Notes: generated by a model from the sequence alone, not told the origin. A stretch of DNA of 64,000 nucleotides from Amphiscolops sp. MND2022 (GCA_964187785.1 OZ076409.1:39868001-39932000); one strand, 5' to 3'; positions 39,961-54,245 are shown, counted from the first letter of the stretch. Translations and numbers: made by a program.

Positions 39961-40429
39961 TTTTTTATTAGTTCTGCGGTAGCAGGAATATTATTGAAAT
40001 CTCAAGATGTCTACTTTTTTCAGTAAAATTCTTCGCATGATATTGAATAATTCAGATATTTTGTTCGACAGTGACTATAAGCGCGAGAATTAAAATTCTC
40101 AAGCTGCCGACGACAATTGAATTCTCATGTGATGGAACGAGCGAGTGGTAATTAAGCAATCGTACGCTGACGTCATTGAGATAAAGCGAATGAGTGTTAA
40201 TCATTCGTAGAGAGCTTCGACTGCATTCAAATGAGAATGGGAAACTTCGTCTGCGCTTAGTAGTTACATTTGCTTTATTCCGAGATTTAAAGGCGGTATA
40301 AATTGGTACAGTAATTAATTGTGCGCTAAATACTGATTAAACAGGAGTTTATTAGTATTCCAGATATGATTGTATTATTAATGAAAGAACAAAGCAAAAA
40401 TAATAAGTGTGCCCCGGAGGGGTCTATTC
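39961..40429 (+). mobile_element. HINE-like element, family 2
   Basis: Clear similarity to 21285-21764 (TGAATAATTCAGATATTTTGTTCG..GAACGAGCGAGTGGTAATT..GCCCCGGAGGGGTCTATT). Confidence 0.8.
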
Positions 40430-40582
40430 TATATAACAAAACAGCTAGCAACGGCCCATTATTTCTCAAAGCATCTCGAGGACAAAAATTGAGAAACATT
40501 AACCAGTCTCAGTGTCAAAAGTGAGGCATCTGAACTCGATAAAAAACTTTTCCTTAACTGCAAAATAAATTAACTAATACGT

Positions 40583-40853
40583 TTTTTGTCGGCGCGTTAA
40601 TGAAAACAAAAAACGCGACTTAGACAAATTTTGACATTATATCCGAAGTGAAGTGTTTTTTAGGGATGAAGCAGAGGTTCGAAAATATTGCGGTATGTCC
40701 GACTTTCGACAAAGTAAACTTAAACAAACTTTAAGCACAACAAGGTCCTCTTTTTTTTTGGGTACTGTGAAAGAAAAATTGGCGCAAGAAAGTACTTTTC
40801 GCTATTTTTGAGCCTCAAGCAGGGCACTTACTTATGCTGTTCCCGGCTTGTTT
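40583..40853 (+). mobile_element. Short degenerate HINE family 1 copy
   Basis: TTTGTCGGCGCG..CGCGACT 5' end; TTTTTGAGCCTC..GTTCCCGGCTTGTT 3' end. Confidence 0.55.
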
Positions 40854-40929
40854 GGGAATACGTTAAATTCATGCAATTGTTGAATCATCTTGATGGCGCA
40901 TTGATGTGTTCTTTTCCGAGCAAAAACGT

Positions 40930-43900
40930 TTTGGTGTGAGGGTGTATGTGTCGTTGATACCAGCGGAGATGTTGGTCAGCTGATCAGCGAGGCTTCAATC
41001 TCTTTCAAGGCGGCGGCGAAGAAGTAATCTAAAATCTGAGATCCAATGACCCAATCAAGGTAGAATCATATGATAGAATAAACGTCGGATAAACTTTATT
41101 TCGTTGTTTACTAGGAACCGCTAGAGTGTAAAGGCATGACAACGCGTATGGGCAGATGTTCGGTGTCAATATTGAAGCGACTGTTGGTTGGCAATGATTT
41201 TCCGCATTTTCCGGCAGAGTTTCCCGGGAAAATGAAGTATCTGAAAGCCAAAGGAGTTTGGTATTAGCGTGTGTGTGAGTTAATGGCTGTGAGGTCAGAG
41301 CAATTCTGAGTTTTTAACTGACATTCTGTAATTCCATACGGCGGGATAAAGGAATGAGGTCATACGTAGTAGGCCCAATTTTTGAAAAAAAAACGGTAAT
41401 AGGGAAGTGGCTCGGTTCTCCGAATAAATCGTGGCATGTGAGAGTATCGAAAGGTTAATCAGCAAATGGTGCAGAAGCCATTTGTAGTATGTCGATGTAC
41501 CTGTTTTCGGGTGTTTTGGTCACAGAAGATCAACATGTCAACCAGCGGCAAGTGTTGGTGGGATCAACAACGGGTATTCTTCTGGTAGCAGGCTATGTGC
41601 CCGAGTGTAGTGACGCCACTGTTGTACTGTAGTTGTTTCGAGGAGTTCGGAAACACGGTTGGCGATAACAGTTTGATGTCGTTTGCGTGAGTTTCGGACC
41701 CATGGTTGTGCTGCTATGGGATCGGACATTTGTTCTTCAGTAAGATTTATTCTCTCTTGATGACGCTAACGATACGTATTCCAAGCACGGCTGATTGGTG
41801 CTTGTGTTTTGTTTCTGTATGCTGCTTGTGTTTTGTTTTTGTATGCTGCCTGAGAAGAATAACACATGCTTTTTCCAAAAGAAACACTTTCAGAAACGTC
41901 GATTTTAGGTAATTCCTAGACAAATTGAGCAACGGCGGCGAAAGCGAAACACGAAACGTCAAAAATATGTGGAGATAAAATTGCATTGATGGGTGTTTGC
42001 GTAGATATCATAAAACTTTTGCAAAAACGTTGATTTCTGGCAGTTCGCCGACGGCTGTTTGGCATCCCAATCATATTTTTTTTTCACGTGACTGTTAAAT
42101 GATTTGCAACTGAATGACCATTGGTGAGTCTACCTAGAAGATCAAGTAGCAATGAATGACACTCAGTATTAGGCGTGGAAGTTCGTTCACCTCCAAAACG
42201 TATGTAGGCATACCATTCTGCAATGTTTGAGGTATTGCATAAGTTTGTTGTTCGGAGTTCAGGTTGTAGACTGACTATAGATTCAGATGTTCGACTGGAA
42301 CGGCGGTGAAAAATATTTTTTTGATGGAAACGTTTCAGTTAAGTTGAAAAAACCTTTCTGTAGCAGACACCGTAAATGTTATATTTTTGATAGTTTCTGG
42401 AATGACGTAAGTTGATAGATAGTTAGTCATCAAAAAAATTTCGTGGACGAGGCACTCGACGGACGGGTAGTCAGATGTGTGGTCTTTTGAGCAGATATGG
42501 AGAGCATCATCAGCGTATGTAGCATCTATGAGGAATTCGTACATTCGGGCTTCTCTGATCCCCAGTGTTAACCAATAAACTTTCATTCTTGTTGGAGGTC
42601 GGACTTGCATATCATACCTTCAATGACTGCGGAAATTGGGTTTTTCTGACGGTACCAAAATATCAACACAACAAGGTTTGCGAGACGTCAAGAGCATGTC
42701 ATTGAGACAATTTCCTTTTCCTTTCGTGGCCATGTAAGATGTTCGACTGCTTATGGTGATCGGGAAAGATTCACCCAGTTGCGGGAATTTCATGGATTCC
42801 AATTCACGAATTTTTTTTCAAAGACTTTTTCAAAGTCGTCTCGACACATGGTGAGAATGTTGGGGTGTTGTTAGAAGCGATGTTTCAGTCGCTTGTATTG
42901 TTGGATCGCGGTTTCTCCAAGATACCAGAGAGGCCGACTTCGTCTCGGCCAGCTTCCCAAGTTTTTTTCTGTGTAGCGTTGAAAGGGTGTGTCGACTGTA
43001 ATCAGTTATCGTGATTTTAAGCCAAGTGGCTGTTTTTAGGTTTTTCAAAGATTAGGAGAAGTTCGGAAAGTTGATTATCAGGTTTTGGATTGGTTTTACA
43101 CACAAAAAAGAAATCCGATTACGATTATAATGGTTAATTTGGAGTGTTCAATCGAGCTTCGTTTGAATGGCTCCAGGTGTGTTGTTATCTCTCTCTTGAA
43201 GACAAGTTCGGGAGTGAACACACCGAGGTTGCTCCTGAAGGAGCACTTTAACTTAGCTGTCTGTCGATATCGCAAATCTGATGTCTTGAAGATATTCATG
43301 CTGTTGACAGATTGTTTGAGATGAGATTCAGATGATCCATAACAAAATTGTTTTGCAGATTTAAAACTTTGTTGATGTTCACAGCGTGTGAAAGAATTTG
43401 AAGGCTCTGGTGGAGACATTGAATTAGAACGTGTCCTGACTTCGATTAAATCGCACTACGAGTTGTCTTGCGATGGCTTTTCCAAGGTCATTGCAACTAT
43501 TTCTCATGTGCGAAAAACCTAGGTACTATCAAGCTTGTTGAATTCGCACTCTCTGTGAAATTGATTGCGGAGTGTGATTCCTTTGTTGCGAAATTTTGTC
43601 GCGCGTAAGGTAGTGTGATGATTGTCGAGACATTTTTCACAGATTCTGGACACTTAAAATACTAGTTGCTCTTGTGGACGAATTTGCGTTTGGCTGGTAT
43701 GGGACACTGGAAAATGTTGAAATGAGATGAGAGGCGTGTTTGCTGATCGAAAGAACAAGTCTGCTACTCGGCAAATGGGTTAGTCTCGACTTTTTACTGG
43801 AACCTTCTTGGTTAGTTGCTGACCCAAACTGTTGTTCCAAATGATGTCTTCTCCGAATTTTCAGATAATTTCTTCCGGTACAATTTACTGTATTTAGCAT

Positions 43901-44350
43901 CAGAAATTGAGAACAAAGCGATTGAACAAAAAATTTTAGGAAAAGATGGTCTTTCTTGGTATCGTACCTCTTGAACGTACCGAAAAACCATTCAACATCC
44001 AAAAATTCTGTCAGGATAGTATTTTTTGAGTGATTCGTGCTTCCTTGATCTTACTTTGAGAACTAATAATGAGACAAACGTAAAGCAGCACTTTTTTCCA
44101 CCAATTCGTCTCCGCATGCTCGAATTATATCCTTCAGCCCAAGGTTTACCAAATTGCATTCAGTAAAAAGCGAATATCAATCGCCTTAAGACTAGGTTTA
44201 ATCGAGGGCCTTCGTTCTAAATTTTGTGCTTGAGTGTAGTACGATTGTTGTTGACTTGGTTTCGGCAATTACAGAAGAATGTCCCGTGCGAAATACAGTG
44301 ACCTGTATGTAGAAATTTCGTTTTCCCCGTCATCGTTCGAGAACGCTTTT
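40930..44350 (-). mobile_element. Heavily decayed BEL/Pao-like LTR retrotransposon fragments
   Basis: VIANRVSELLETTTVQQWRH (BEL RNase H end), TPQHSHHVSRRL (PPxAPHxGGxWERL-like integrase) and WFFG..K (RT-like), all on the - strand. Confidence 0.55.
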
Positions 44351-44674
44351 TAAGAAAGTATCCGCTTTTTACTCTCGGTGGCCATTCTCCAGCGATGAAG
44401 ACGAACGTTTAAAAGATCCTGTTAAACTTGACACTGTTAGGTTTTTCAATAAGAATCAAAGACAAACTGGCAACCTGCCACATTCTTTGAACGAAAAGAT
44501 GTGCAGCTGCGCCGACAAATGTTCTGTTTTTCTCATTGTGGATAGAAACGTGTGTATTGTGATTTTCCGATCAAGGATGAGCCAATCATGGAGTTCAAGC
44601 AACATGTACGTGCCTTTTTGAGTCGTAAAGTCAGCAATAAAAATTACCAGACATACGTGACGACCCGAACTGGA

Positions 44675-47037
44675 ATCTCCTACCAAGTTTCCCTTAAAGG
44701 CCGTATGTTTATTTTGAATTCTTACCTATCAGCCTGTCAACCCATTTTTGTGACTCCAGTTTTCTTGCTGTCATTTTCCGATGGTGGGCATTTGCCCTTC
44801 ACTCGAGCCTTAAAACGGATTTTAAATTTCAGAAATGGAGTTTCCGATTTCTGATGAGATTGTGTTTTATTATAAATGTTTCAAATTTGAATTAAAACTT
44901 GACCCAAATTAATTTTTTTATTATGCGCTATTCTAGAGAGTAAGATTAATCTTTCATTGCCGGAAAAATAGACACCGAGCACAGCCCGCGATTTGAAACT
45001 TTGATATGTTTGATGAAATACACTCGAATAGGTGTTCAGATTCGTTCCATAGTAGGCCTTTTGTAGATGCCGAACAAGTTCAATACAAATAGCGAGTTCG
45101 TTTTCATCAAGTTCTCGCCTTGTTCGCAATTAACTTGGTGTACAAAAAATGGAGTCAAAGTTTGAGAGGAATTGAGTATCTTTTACTGGCATCTCTCCAA
45201 TCATAAGAACGATAATAGCCTTTCCGGGAAAAATTTCCGAAAATTGGTCGCTTGGATACCGATTTCTTCTAGTTGGATGGTACAACTTGGTGTTTGCTTT
45301 GGTGACATATAGCACTATGTAGTCTGCCAGGTCAAACAAGGTCCAGCAACAGTCCTTGTTTATCTCTCATCTGCATGTTCTGCCCTCTTTGAGCACCACC
45401 GATAGCACAGAGGAAAAATCTCTAAGAAGAACCACAATACTGTGGCTTCCATAGGTGATGATGTTACAGACTAATGAGAGGCAAATAAAAAAGAGAGAAG
45501 GGAGATATAATGTATTGCAAACTGTATCTCGAATCAAAGGAAACCGCAACTGAATGTTATGTTAAGTAACTCATTCTAGCATTTGTGACAGGTGTTGGTA
45601 AATACTATCTTGAATTCACTTTTAGCTTAACTGCTCTTTTTGTACTCTGTCACACTCCCCAGTTTAATACAACACCTGGGTTAATTCATACATGGTAATA
45701 AATAAACCATAGCTGTTAGTGTTATTTATTTCAGATTACATGACTTTTTGGTGATAATTTAGTAAAGTAATCACAACAGTATTTAATGTTTCTTCTGTTT
45801 CAGATGTTTTCGATTTTTGTGTTTCTTTCTTCATCTTCGACTTTTGTCGCAACCCAGAAGTTGCGTGGGAGCCCTGGCGCATCAATAAATAAAGCCAAAC
45901 AAGATAACACCCACAACAAACTCTCGAAACTAGAATGTAGGAGAAAACTTTAAACCAATGAACTAACATTTTGTCTTGTTTTGCTAGTTTTGTAAGTTAT
46001 GTAAGTACAATATTTGTATGTATTCCATTGATGAAGCCTTCTCTAATAATGCTAATGAACAATAAAACTTCAATGAGAACCCTTATTTACACATACAATG
46101 AGTTGCCCAAGTCTTAGATGACGTAATTGGAAGCTTAAACACATTTGAAATTGTCCCCAAATAGTAATTTTCCTTCCAGCATGGTACCACTATGCGGTAC
46201 CATGCGGATCGAGGAGTGACGTATACTCGTCACTATGCGGAATTTTCCACTCTATTATGCGGCATTATACGTTTCGAGGTGTGACGTATACTCGTCACTT
46301 TACGTTTTTAGCAGAGACACTATGCGGCATCCTGCGGAACGAGTAGTGACGCATACTCGTCACTATGCGTTTCTTGCAGGACCTACTATATAACGTGAAA
46401 AGGTGATATAGTGCTATTTGGAAATCATCTCGAATGCAATTTATACTATATTCTGAGTAATTTCCAGGGTTTCTCTAGTCCTTTCGTTAAAGATGTTCCG
46501 AACGTGATATAATTTAGTTGATGCTAAAAATAGGACGACGTTACCCTACGTAACTCTATTTTTACTTTTTCCTAACAATGACTATGGAAAAAAAAGAATG
46601 TCATGTTATTTTTTGGAGCTTCTTCATTGTAAACTGAGAGGGGGAATCATTCAAAACTCAACCGTCAAATAGTGCAGTTGTCCCCTTCGTACATTTGTAA
46701 ACCTTTTGGTGTCTTTGCGATACTCTCAGGTCTTGTTGTTTTGAATAAACAAGATAATGCAAATTCTTCCCCAAAAGTCAGAAACTATTTTTCATTCAAA
46801 GCAATATGGGAAACAAACGTAATAGACGTTCTAGAAGATTGGAAACTCCGTCCCAGATAGAGAAGTAGAAGTAACTCAAGTAGGAACGTCCATTTCAGGT
46901 AATGATAGGATTGAAAAGATGAGAGAAGAAATGGAGAATAAACTTGAAACAATCTGGAAGAAAATAAAATTAAACAAAAGTGCATCAACTGTAACAAAAC
47001 GATAAATCCGATGCCGACGAAAACGAGGATTATCAGA
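44675..47037 (+). repeat. 5' LTR-like direct repeat (left end undefined)
   Basis: Aligns to 59644-61865 with reciprocal deletions. Ends TATCAGA immediately before the PBS. Confidence 0.8.
46186..46372 (+). repeat. 65-bp-period array (3 units) in the 5' LTR
   Basis: GTGACG(T/C)ATACTCGTCAC at 46216, 46281 and 46346; TATGCGG cores. Confidence 0.9.
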
Positions 47038-48056
47038 TGGTGACAGGAGCCAACCGACAACTCTATAGTCAAAGCTCTCAAAAACTAAATGACACAGTAG
47101 GATCCCCGCAGACCACAACTTGTCAAATTCGACAGTAAAACCACTTGACCCAGTTAACCAAATCGTTTTAGCAATAGAAAAACTGGCAAATAAAAACCCT
47201 ACACAATCACGTTTTCATCCGAAAAACACATTAACTTTCAATGGACAAAAAAACGAAAAAATGAGAAATTTGAATACTTCGAAGACTTATTCAATACGAC
47301 ACTTCGAATGCAACAAAACCTAACAGAGGACAAGAAAATTAACCATTTTCATGCCCACCTCAGGGGTTTGGCACTCAAGACATTCAAGAACATACAACGA
47401 ACCCCAAACACGACTTTAGAAGACATACTCAAAATCTTTAGACGAAAATATGTGAAACCGGAATGCAGTGCATCAGCGAAGCACAGATTCAACAGACTCT
47501 CAATTGACCCGGAAAATCAGAAGCTCCCAGAAGAGTGCTGAAAAAGCATTTGGGGAAAACGCCCACCAAACGAAAGAAAACTTACTATATGCAAAAATGC
47601 CTCCCCACTTTAAAAAGTCAATTATTCAAGGCTACCTCGAGAATGGCACATATGATCCAAAGAGGAACCAAAAAGGAACAAAACACTGAAAAACCCAACA
47701 AAAAACAAAATGATAAAGCCAAAAATCAAACTCCAAAAACAGTACCCGATAAAACACTCAAAAAAGACCAATGCCGTTATTGCAATGATGCCAGCCACAT
47801 GATGACTGACTGCCCCAAATTAGCAAAACGGCGGAAACTCGAAGAAGACCCGGATCACCCAAATGCCCCAACTGCCAAAATTCAGGTCAAGACGAAGAAG
47901 ATTGCTATTTTGGTGCCAATATGGATAACCGACCACCAACATGGAACTTGACTGAAGCACAAAAGAAAAATATCGAATTCTACAAGCCAGCAAAAAAAAA
48001 ACCAATCAGACCAAAACTGGAACGACACCAACAATCCTCCTCAAAGGATATAAACT
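46806..48056 (+). pseudogene. gag: Gypsy gag (frameshifted), starting inside the LTR
   Basis: MGNKRNRRSRRLETP..; KINHFHAHLRGLALKTF; CCHC knuckle CRYCNDASHMMTDC. Confidence 0.8.
47038..47049 (+). promoter_or_regulatory. Primer-binding site, probably tRNA-Leu type
   Basis: TGGTGACAGGAG directly follows the LTR end and is one mismatch from the TGGTGTCAGGAG complement of the tRNA-Leu(CAG) 3' end (from memory). Confidence 0.65.
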
Positions 48057-48359
48057 AGAAACGCCACGCCTTTACACAAAATCACCACAAGTATCGAACT
48101 CAATTGATGACTGGCAGCATCAGTTGAGCCCAAAACCCACAAAAACACCAGTCTGTGAAGCTGACAACAGAACACCTATGACGGTTAAATCTGGAAACTC
48201 AAACTGAAGACTTATGCGAACTGTTACATGACGCACCAGACAACTACTTTCCCCAAGAACCAAACAACCCCGCAACCGACTCAAACTCAGAAATCCAACA
48301 CACAACAAAACACCACGTAACATAAAAAACTTCTTGCAATGATGAAAAACAACAACCCT

Positions 48360-51300
48360 TAAATGAAGATCTCACCGAATACATACAATTTGACAAAGAA
48401 CGGATCTTGTCATACCTTCCAATTTCAACCTCCTTGATATTGAAGCGAAAGGGTCACATGTATTACATTCCAATGGACTTCGAAAAACTCACATTTGACG
48501 GTCTCATTGATAACGGAGCCCTTACAAGTGCAATCTCCGAACAAGACCTCACTAAAATCAAGGTGCTAGCAAATGAAGCAATTAAAGAAACTGGTCCCCA
48601 CCAAACTTCTAAATTATGGTGGCCAATGGACAACTAGAAGTCCCCATTGGTACTGTATTACTAGAATTTCACTGAAGTGGCTAATTTCATGGTAAAGGAA
48701 AATTTCATCATCATGAAAACTCTACCAAACTCGCTAATCGGATTGTGTTTCCTTCGCAGAAATAACGCAATTTTTGATGTCACCCAAGGTATCCTTACTT
48801 TCCCCTATCTTTCAATGCAGCTCAAACCTGATACCCAAACATCGATACGACAAGCAACACCATTGTTTGCTGAAATCACCTAAACCTTACAACCAGGCGA
48901 ATTTCTCGCCATCGCAAGCAGAATGCCCCATCTGATGGACCATAATGCCACTGGCATAGTCACCCCATCACAACCATATGAAAACCATGATAGCATTTTC
49001 ATCACTGCATCACTCAGTACTGTTAACAACAATGCTATCGGGTACCAAATCATCAACTTTTCTGAACTACCATACACAATCACAATGGACACCCAATTAG
49101 CAGATTTTAAGATATAAACCCCAGAACAAATTAAACATATACAACCAGTAGACGCAGCCTTGCTATCTTTCATGATACAACATGAGGAAACAACAGAAGT
49201 TTACATAACTTCTCAAGGTACCACAACAAAATTCCGAGCCGGAAACATACTGGTTCCCTACCCCTGAAGAACCAGGCGACCCTGCAACATACACTCCAAT
49301 TCAGCAACGTATCTACAAAGTACTTCTTGAACTACAAGAACTCGAGAAACTGAACCCAAATGATAACGACACATCCAGAAAAACATTTATTTCAAACTTC
49401 GACTGGTCCGACACAACGCTCAGCCCAGACTAACGACAAGAAATTGAAGAGACTATCGTTGAATTCCACGACATTTTTGCCAGACATCGTATCGATATAG
49501 GCATAAACCGTGAACTCAATGTGAAACTAACGCCGAATGTTGACAGACCTGCTTACAGTCAAAGTCTGCCGACTCCAATCAATCTCAAAGATGATATCAC
49601 AGTAGAACTTGCACTTCTACATAAGTACGGTATCATTACAACTTTACCGTTCTCCAAATATGCAAGCCCAATTTTTGCACGACGCAAACCTAACGAGCGC
49701 CTTAGACTTTTAGTAGATCTCAGGAAGATCAACAACCTCATCACTGAAGATTACACCAATAACAATTACCCGGTAGGCACTTTATCAGATGCAGCCCAAC
49801 ATATGGCAGGGAAAAACTTTTTTGCAAATTGGATTGCTCACAGGCTTACCACCGCCTTCAGATGGCAGATTACCAACCCATTCAGATGCTCGCCTTTAAT
49901 TCTGCAAGTAGAACATTTGCTTATCGTCCCCTTGCTCAAGGTCTCAGCAGATCACTTTCTGCATTTTCAAGCTTTATGAGAGACAACCTAGATAGAGCAA
50001 TCAAGGCCGACCAATGTCTCCAATATGTCGACGACATTGGCATAGCGGCAAATGACACAAAACAATTGTGTACAAATATCAAAACTGTCTTTGAATGCAT
50101 TCGAATGCAGGACTAAAACTCTCAATGTCAAAATGTCATTTTGGAGTCAAACAAGTCGACTTTCTGGGACGCACAATACAAAACCGAATGGAGTCGCCCC
50201 TCAAGACGACAAAGTGAAAGATTTCCTCTCGAAACTTCGCGTTCCTAAGTCAAAAAAGGCGTTAAAAAGGTATATTGGATTTTTAAACTTTTACCGAAAC
50301 TACAAACCACGCCTTTCGGAACGGCTTTCTCCGTTCTTCGAACTCCTCAAAGAAACCTCCAAATTCTACTTACCTACAAATTTGGTGGAAGCCTTCACCA
50401 ACCTCAACTAACTTCTAGAAAACTCCTGTCAGTTCGCTTTAAAACAACCACTGAAAAACAAGCAATTTATAGTCATGTCCGATGCTAGCTTCACAGCAGC
50501 AGGATATGCTATCATGATCGAAGACGATCCGAACCGAAAACTTCAATCTAAACGCAAAACATATGCACCCCTTGCATTTGGTTCGAAAACTTCCAATCCA
50601 ACACAGACAAAAATGTCAATTTACGCAAAGGAATTTTTTTCCCATATACTTTGCATTTGTCGAATTCGGACACCTCATGTGGGGTAGTACCTTCCCAGTA
50701 ATCGTGTTCACAGACAATCGTTCCATAACCCGTTTTTTCCAAACGGAAATGATCCCTCCAGCACTCTGGAATGACTGCAATTACGTCCTTCAATACAACT
50801 TCGTGATCGCAAATGTTGCTGGATCTATGAACACCGCTGCCGACTTCTTGTCTAGAACGGAAGTCGATCCAACCGAAAAACTAGAAATGGCCATTCGGAA
50901 TGATATTCATACGAAAGCAATCGAAGTGAATATCCAATCAACCGGCATTGTTGAAGAAGAACAAATCTATGTTCTCCCCGATGAAGAAATTCACGAGATT
51001 GAACTCTGGGAAGAAAAACAAAATGTACGAAAACCAAGGCCAAACGGAAACCCACAACGACCCAGAAAATGAGGTTGCTGAACTACAACACTTTCATAAA
51101 CCCACATCAGGATTGATCTCAATATCATCTGGGTAATTCAAGGACAATGCAAAAATTTGCCCTGAACAGAATAATGATGTAGTCCTCAGAAATCTGCGAG
51201 CTAAAATCGAAGGTAACCCTTTTGATGAAAATGAATTGGCATCCGATTACCTATACCAGCATTATTCAAAAACATAACGCGAATAGAGATAAGACATAAC

Positions 51301-52880
51301 ACGAATTATCTTACACGCAAATACTACGGGGATCTGGAACCATATCTCACTACCAAATTCTACCAACCCAACTCCTAGAAGTATTGGTTCAGGCCCTGCA
51401 TGGCTATAATTCAAGTCATCCCGGAATCACAAAATGATCCAGGAAGCACGACAAATATATTACTACACTTGTATGGCAAAATACATCAAAAAATGGGTTA
51501 GTAATTGTCAAATCTGCATCCAAACAAAAAAAATCAATAATAATCTCCTCAAAACAGAACTCCTCAACTGTCCAGAATGGGATCTCCGTCCGGAAAACAT
51601 TTTGCAGATGGATATTTTACCGTACCTTCCCCCTAGTTGTGGTTATGATCATGTCATCACGGCAATAGATGTCTTCTCAAGATACTTGTTTGCCTGTCGT
51701 GTAACTCGCATTACTGCAACAGCGGTATCAAGAGCCATTATGGATATACTATGCAAGCACACTTACCTTCCAAAAACGATAATCATAGATTTAGGCACCC
51801 AATTCAATGCACAAGTAACTCACGAAGTTGCAGCAGTACTGGGAATTGAACTTAAACACGCAACAATGAAACATGCCCAAACAATAGGACTCCTCGAGAG
51901 AACCCATGCTTCAGTCAAAACACACTTAAAAGCTGCAACAGGAGAATTCAGAAATAACTGGTATAAATACCTCCTTTTGGCAGTCCTTAATCATAACACA
52001 ACATACCATGCATCACTCGGTTGCGAACCTTCACGAGATTTCCATGGTAGAGTACCACATAAAATCCTAGATTACAAACTCGGATATAAACCTAACCCAC
52101 GATACCAACCACAAACAGATGTGGCGGAAGAAATTCAAAAACGCATGAAAATCCTTCTAGATCAATCAAAGGAGAACATCATGCAATCTTACCCCAAATA
52201 CAAAGCTTACTATGACCGCAAAGCAAAAGCAGCTCCGCTGGAAACAACGGATTATTGCTACATTCTTAACCCAAAGGCTGAGACACAGGCGACAAAAATA
52301 CCATTTCGAGAATTCAGATGGTGTGGTCCATATAAAGTAGAAAAAGTACTCCCTAACAATAATTACATTGTCCGGAGCTTTAGGACGAACAAAACACAAT
52401 TACTACATAGGATTCGCAAGCAGAAATTCACTTGCAAAGTTGACCAAATGCCTATTGCAAATGATGATCTATATTCCCAATCATAGAACACAAAATTTGG
52501 GTCTAACCCGTTCGACGATGGTCCTTCAGAATTTTCACAAGACACTGAAGATGTTGAATATACTCCAATTCAAATACCATATGATAACCGCCCACACTCC
52601 CCAGGATCTTCAAAAAACAGTGGGAGGAGCTCAGTGGAATAGACCACTGAACCAGAACAAAGTCATGAAAACCATGCAGATGAAATTCCACAACAAATCA
52701 GTGAAGAATAATCAAAATACCCAAAAAACTTAAAAAAATCAAATAATTCATCAGTAGATGATATTCAAAAAACCCCAGAAAATTCCCAAAATACCCCCTT
52801 GCAAGAAGAACCCATAAACACAAGTGGTGAAAAATACAACTTACACCCTAACCCTAACCCAAATTACTCTGACGCTTAAA
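48360..52880 (+). pseudogene. pol: Gypsy pol (protease, dUTPase-like insert, RT, RNase H, integrase), disrupted
   Basis: GLIDNGA (PR, DTG mutated); ASPIF..RLLVDLRKIN; YVDD; SDAS; H..HPG..C..C; QMD/IID/LLER (DDE); GPYKV. Multiple stops and frameshifts. Confidence 0.92.
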
Positions 52881-53089
52881 GATAATAAGAAAACATTTGC
52901 AGAGGAAAATTTTCGGAATGACCTTCTCAACCGGCACTATAGCGTGCAACTAGCTTCCTCTTTTATTTTTCGCTAGAGTCATACTGGTCATCTAGAAATA
53001 CTTGAAGACGACGACCCATTACAAATAAAACAATTGAAACAAATAACTACAAAGTCTCAAAGAAAGAAACAATCAGTTCTTTTTAGCTC

Positions 53090-54245
53090 TTGAGGGTTTT
53101 CTTTTTTGAATCTTCCCCTTGCTCTGTACTGGAACACCGACTGAGCGAAACACTGATTCGTCCCAAAGAAGGATCAGGAGAAGGAGTACTGTTGACACTA
53201 CTTGCCCCGCTTACACTAGGAGTAGTGGTGGAAGAAATCACAGAAGGTCTCTCTAACCGGAGAACAGCTTTCCTGTACCCAGTCTCTAACTTTCCTTGTA
53301 AAGTCGTCCTCCGAGAATGAGTTCCCCTGAAAAAACTCCATATTGAAATTTTTTTTATCTGTCAGCAGCTCTGCCCCTCGTCCCAAAAGACGAAAAACAC
53401 GGTAAATAGCCCTAGCATCTCGAAATAAACTTGACACATGTGGCACTGACTGGTATGAAATTTGCAGACTGACAACATATGACTGAGTAGGAATTGGCAC
53501 CTCAAAAATGGGGGGACCTCCACTATAGGGGAAAGACACAAGCATGAGATTTTGAACAACTGTAACAGCTCAGGTTGACACTGGACCTCTAAATGTGTAA
53601 CAATGAATTGTATCCAATCGTCATAATCGGGAGCAGTCCCAGCACGGAGTATGGACACGAATGACCGGTATTGACTGACAACCTTTACTTTGTCACTCGC
53701 GGAAATTAAGCCAACTGCCACGAAATGGGTGGACAACTTCTCAATGGCAGACACATAGATATCCTCAGGGCTCTCTAGAATGAAAGGGGAATCGAATGCA
53801 GATAGTCCCCTCAGCAAGTCAGACTTCACAATATCTTGCGTCATTAACTGTTTACAAAAGGCTTTGCAAAAACTCACTGACTGACTGCTCTATGAATTTA
53901 CTAGAACGAGGCAGCCTACTAGCAAGCACAAGACGGTGATAATTTTTGTTTAGCATGATTTGGTCTGCAGTTTTGACGGGTAATTCAGTTGAGTCCAAAT
54001 CCAAAGCAAGGAAAGAATCCCAGTCTGAAATATTCCCTAGAATGCTTTCGGGCAAAATGTTCTGCAACTGGGAATATGTAATTATGGCAAATTGGTTGAA
54101 AAGGCGAAATCGTTTTTGAACCCCTGAGAAAGCTGAATCATCTGAAACACATCGAAAAAGTTTAAATAAAACGACAATTTCAAGAAAATGACCTTAATCG
54201 TGGAAGTTTTCGATTAGTTTGAACAAACAACCTTCTAGTTGGATA
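53090..54245 (-). pseudogene. Antisense accessory gene A inside the Gypsy element (spliced, frameshifted, unknown function)
   Basis: Consecutive - strand frames 54141-53852, 53877-53362 and 53545-53216. A 51-nt GT..TTTCAG intron at 54192-54142. Confidence 0.55.

Noticed and set aside
46631..46646. GAGAGGGGGAA as polypurine tract marking the LTR start
   Set aside because: Not followed by TG, and homology between the two repeats extends ~2 kb further left
52845..52862. CCCTAACCCTAACCC telomere-like repeat
   Set aside because: Only ~2.5 units, and it encodes the PNPNPNY end of the pol frame
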